From Bugula neritina (lineage: Eukaryota; Animalia; Bryozoa): a stretch of 64,000 nucleotides of DNA. The position numbers and the translations under genes are program-made. Location of the stretch: positions 1,178,001-1,242,000 of the forward strand of contig CAXIUT010000230.1 of NCBI GenBank assembly GCA_964035545.1, written 5' to 3'. The notes under the pieces were generated by a model. The model was not told the origin of the DNA. It did not search any database and worked only from the letters and a program-made list of their open reading frames with translations. This document shows positions 62,701 through 64,000 of the stretch, piece after piece; position 1 is the first letter of the stretch; every line of letters starts with the position of its first letter.

Positions 62701-64000
62701 GGCAACATACCGAAATAAACTGCGACACGTTGAAAATTACTGCAACATACTGAAATATACTGCGACGCCTTAAAATATACTGCAACATACTGAAATAGAC
62801 TGCAAGTGGTGCAACATACTGAAATACACTGTGACACACTGAAATACACTGCAACATACTGCAACATACTGCAACATACTGAAATATTGTGCGACACAAT
62901 AAAATATACTTCAACATATCGAAATATACTGTAACATACTGCAACATACTAAAATACACTGCAACACATTAAAATATACTGCAACATACTGAAACATACT
63001 GCAACATACTGAAATACACTGTGACACCCTGAAATACACTGCAACATACTGCAACATACTGCAACATACTGAATTACACTGGTACATATTGATATACACT
63101 GCAACACATTGAAATATACTGCAACACACTGAAACATGCGGCAATATACCGAAATATACTGCGACACCTTGAAAAATACTGCGACATACGAAATATACTG
63201 CAAGTGGTGCAACATACTGAAATACAATGTGACACACTAGAATACACTGCAACATACTGCAACATACTGCAACATACTGAAATATTGTGCGACACATTGA
63301 AATATTCTGCAACGTATTGAAATATACTGTAACATACTGCAACATACTAAAATACACTGCAACATACTGAAATACATTGCAACACATTAAAATATACTGC
63401 GACATACTGAAACATACTGCAACATGCTGAAATATACTGCAATATACTGAAATACACTATAACATATTGAAATATACTGCAACATACTGAATTACACTCT
63501 AACATACTGAAATATGCTGTAGCATACTGAAATACACTGCAACACACTGAAGTATACTGTAATACACTGAAATGTAATGCAACATACTGAATTATACTGC
63601 AACATAGTGCAACATACTGAAATACACTGTGACACACTGAAATACACTGAAACATAATGCAACATACTGCAACATACTGAAATACACTGTAACATATCGA
63701 AATGCACTGCAACATACTGCAACATACTGCAACATACTGAAATACACCGTAACATATCGAAATACACTTCAACATACTGCAACATACTGAAATGCACCGG
63801 AACATAATGGAATACCCTGCAACACATTGAAATATACTGCAACAGACTGAAACATAAGGTAACACAATGAAGTATACTGCGACACATTAAAATATACTGC
63901 AACATACTGAAATAGACTGCAACATACTGAAATGTAATGTAATATACAGAAATGTACTGTAACATACTGAATTACACTCTAACATACTGAAATATGCTGT

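Larger units (their letters stand above)
1..64000. repeat. Satellite DNA array of a 10-bp monomer (ATACTGCAAC / ATACTGAAAT and variants), head-to-tail, one orientation, running off both ends of the window
   Basis: Every 60-nt line shows columns of ...actgcaac.../...actgaaat... at 10-bp spacing. No non-repeat interruption and no reverse-oriented block was seen. The + strand is A-rich and G-poor (one G per consensus monomer). Confidence 0.99.
31980..64000. repeat. Right-type HOR domain (~3.0-kb unit, cassette order P-E-H-Q-R-P'-E-G-E-S), heavily shuffled
   Basis: Landmarks ccatatggc (P) and ccatatgac (P') alternate, with P->P' 1,365-1,415 bp and P'->P 1,557-1,617 bp (43561, 45178, 46593; 53551, 54956, 56513, 57928, 59485, 60850). 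Diagnostic variants: aagtggtac, aagtggggc, acacttcaac, actataacat. Confidence 0.8.

Noticed and set aside
1-64000. CRISPR array or other repeat-spacer system
   Set aside because: The sequence between recurring motifs is the same satellite rather than unique spacers. Spacing is 10 bp or hundreds to thousands of bp, and there are no cas genes or leader.
1-64000. Telomeric repeat tract
   Set aside because: The strand asymmetry is superficially similar, but the monomer has no G-run. The diverged variants are copied in kilobase blocks, which indicates recombinational amplification rather than telomerase synthesis.
1-64000. Assignment to a known satellite (Drosophila Prodsat, human HSat2/3, Parascaris germline-limited TTGCA pentamer/decamer) or to a particular organism
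   Set aside because: The monomer differs from these. It shares only the 5-mer TTGCA on the minus strand with the Parascaris pentamer, which is too short to be meaningful. A database search is required.
1-64000. TATA boxes, hairpins or terminators from the many tata, tgca and catatg palindromes
   Set aside because: They are 4-6-bp words inherent to the monomer. No long inverted repeat exists because the array has a single orientation.
1-64000. Pure sequencing or assembly artefact, or synthetic sequence
   Set aside because: Hierarchically nested shared variants and copy-specific SNPs are what an evolved array shows. Individual duplications still need read-level confirmation.

Overview
The whole 64-kb window is one uninterrupted, single-orientation tandem array of eukaryote-type satellite DNA. 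It is built from a 10-bp monomer with two main forms on the + strand: X = ATACTGCAAC and Y = ATACTGAAAT. I see no credible protein-coding gene, RNA gene, transposon, CRISPR array or unique sequence. The many Cys/Val/Ser/Gln-rich minus-strand ORFs arise because the reverse-complement monomers contain no stop codon. The notable feature is the nested architecture. Decamers form 20-bp X/Y dimers and about seven recognisable 60-150-bp cassettes, four of which descend from one ~260-bp ancestral sub-repeat. The cassettes form two related higher-order repeat (HOR) units: ~2.4 kb on the left and ~3.0 kb on the right. Above these sit recent tandem duplications of 0.3-3 kb, a 10.3-kb tandem duplication spanning the boundary between the two HOR subfamilies, and other 10-14-kb recurrences. 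Nearly all rearrangements keep the 10-bp register. Offsets come from the ORF-track coordinates and from landmark motifs read by eye, so block boundaries are approximate. The organism and any centromeric role cannot be established from this window alone.
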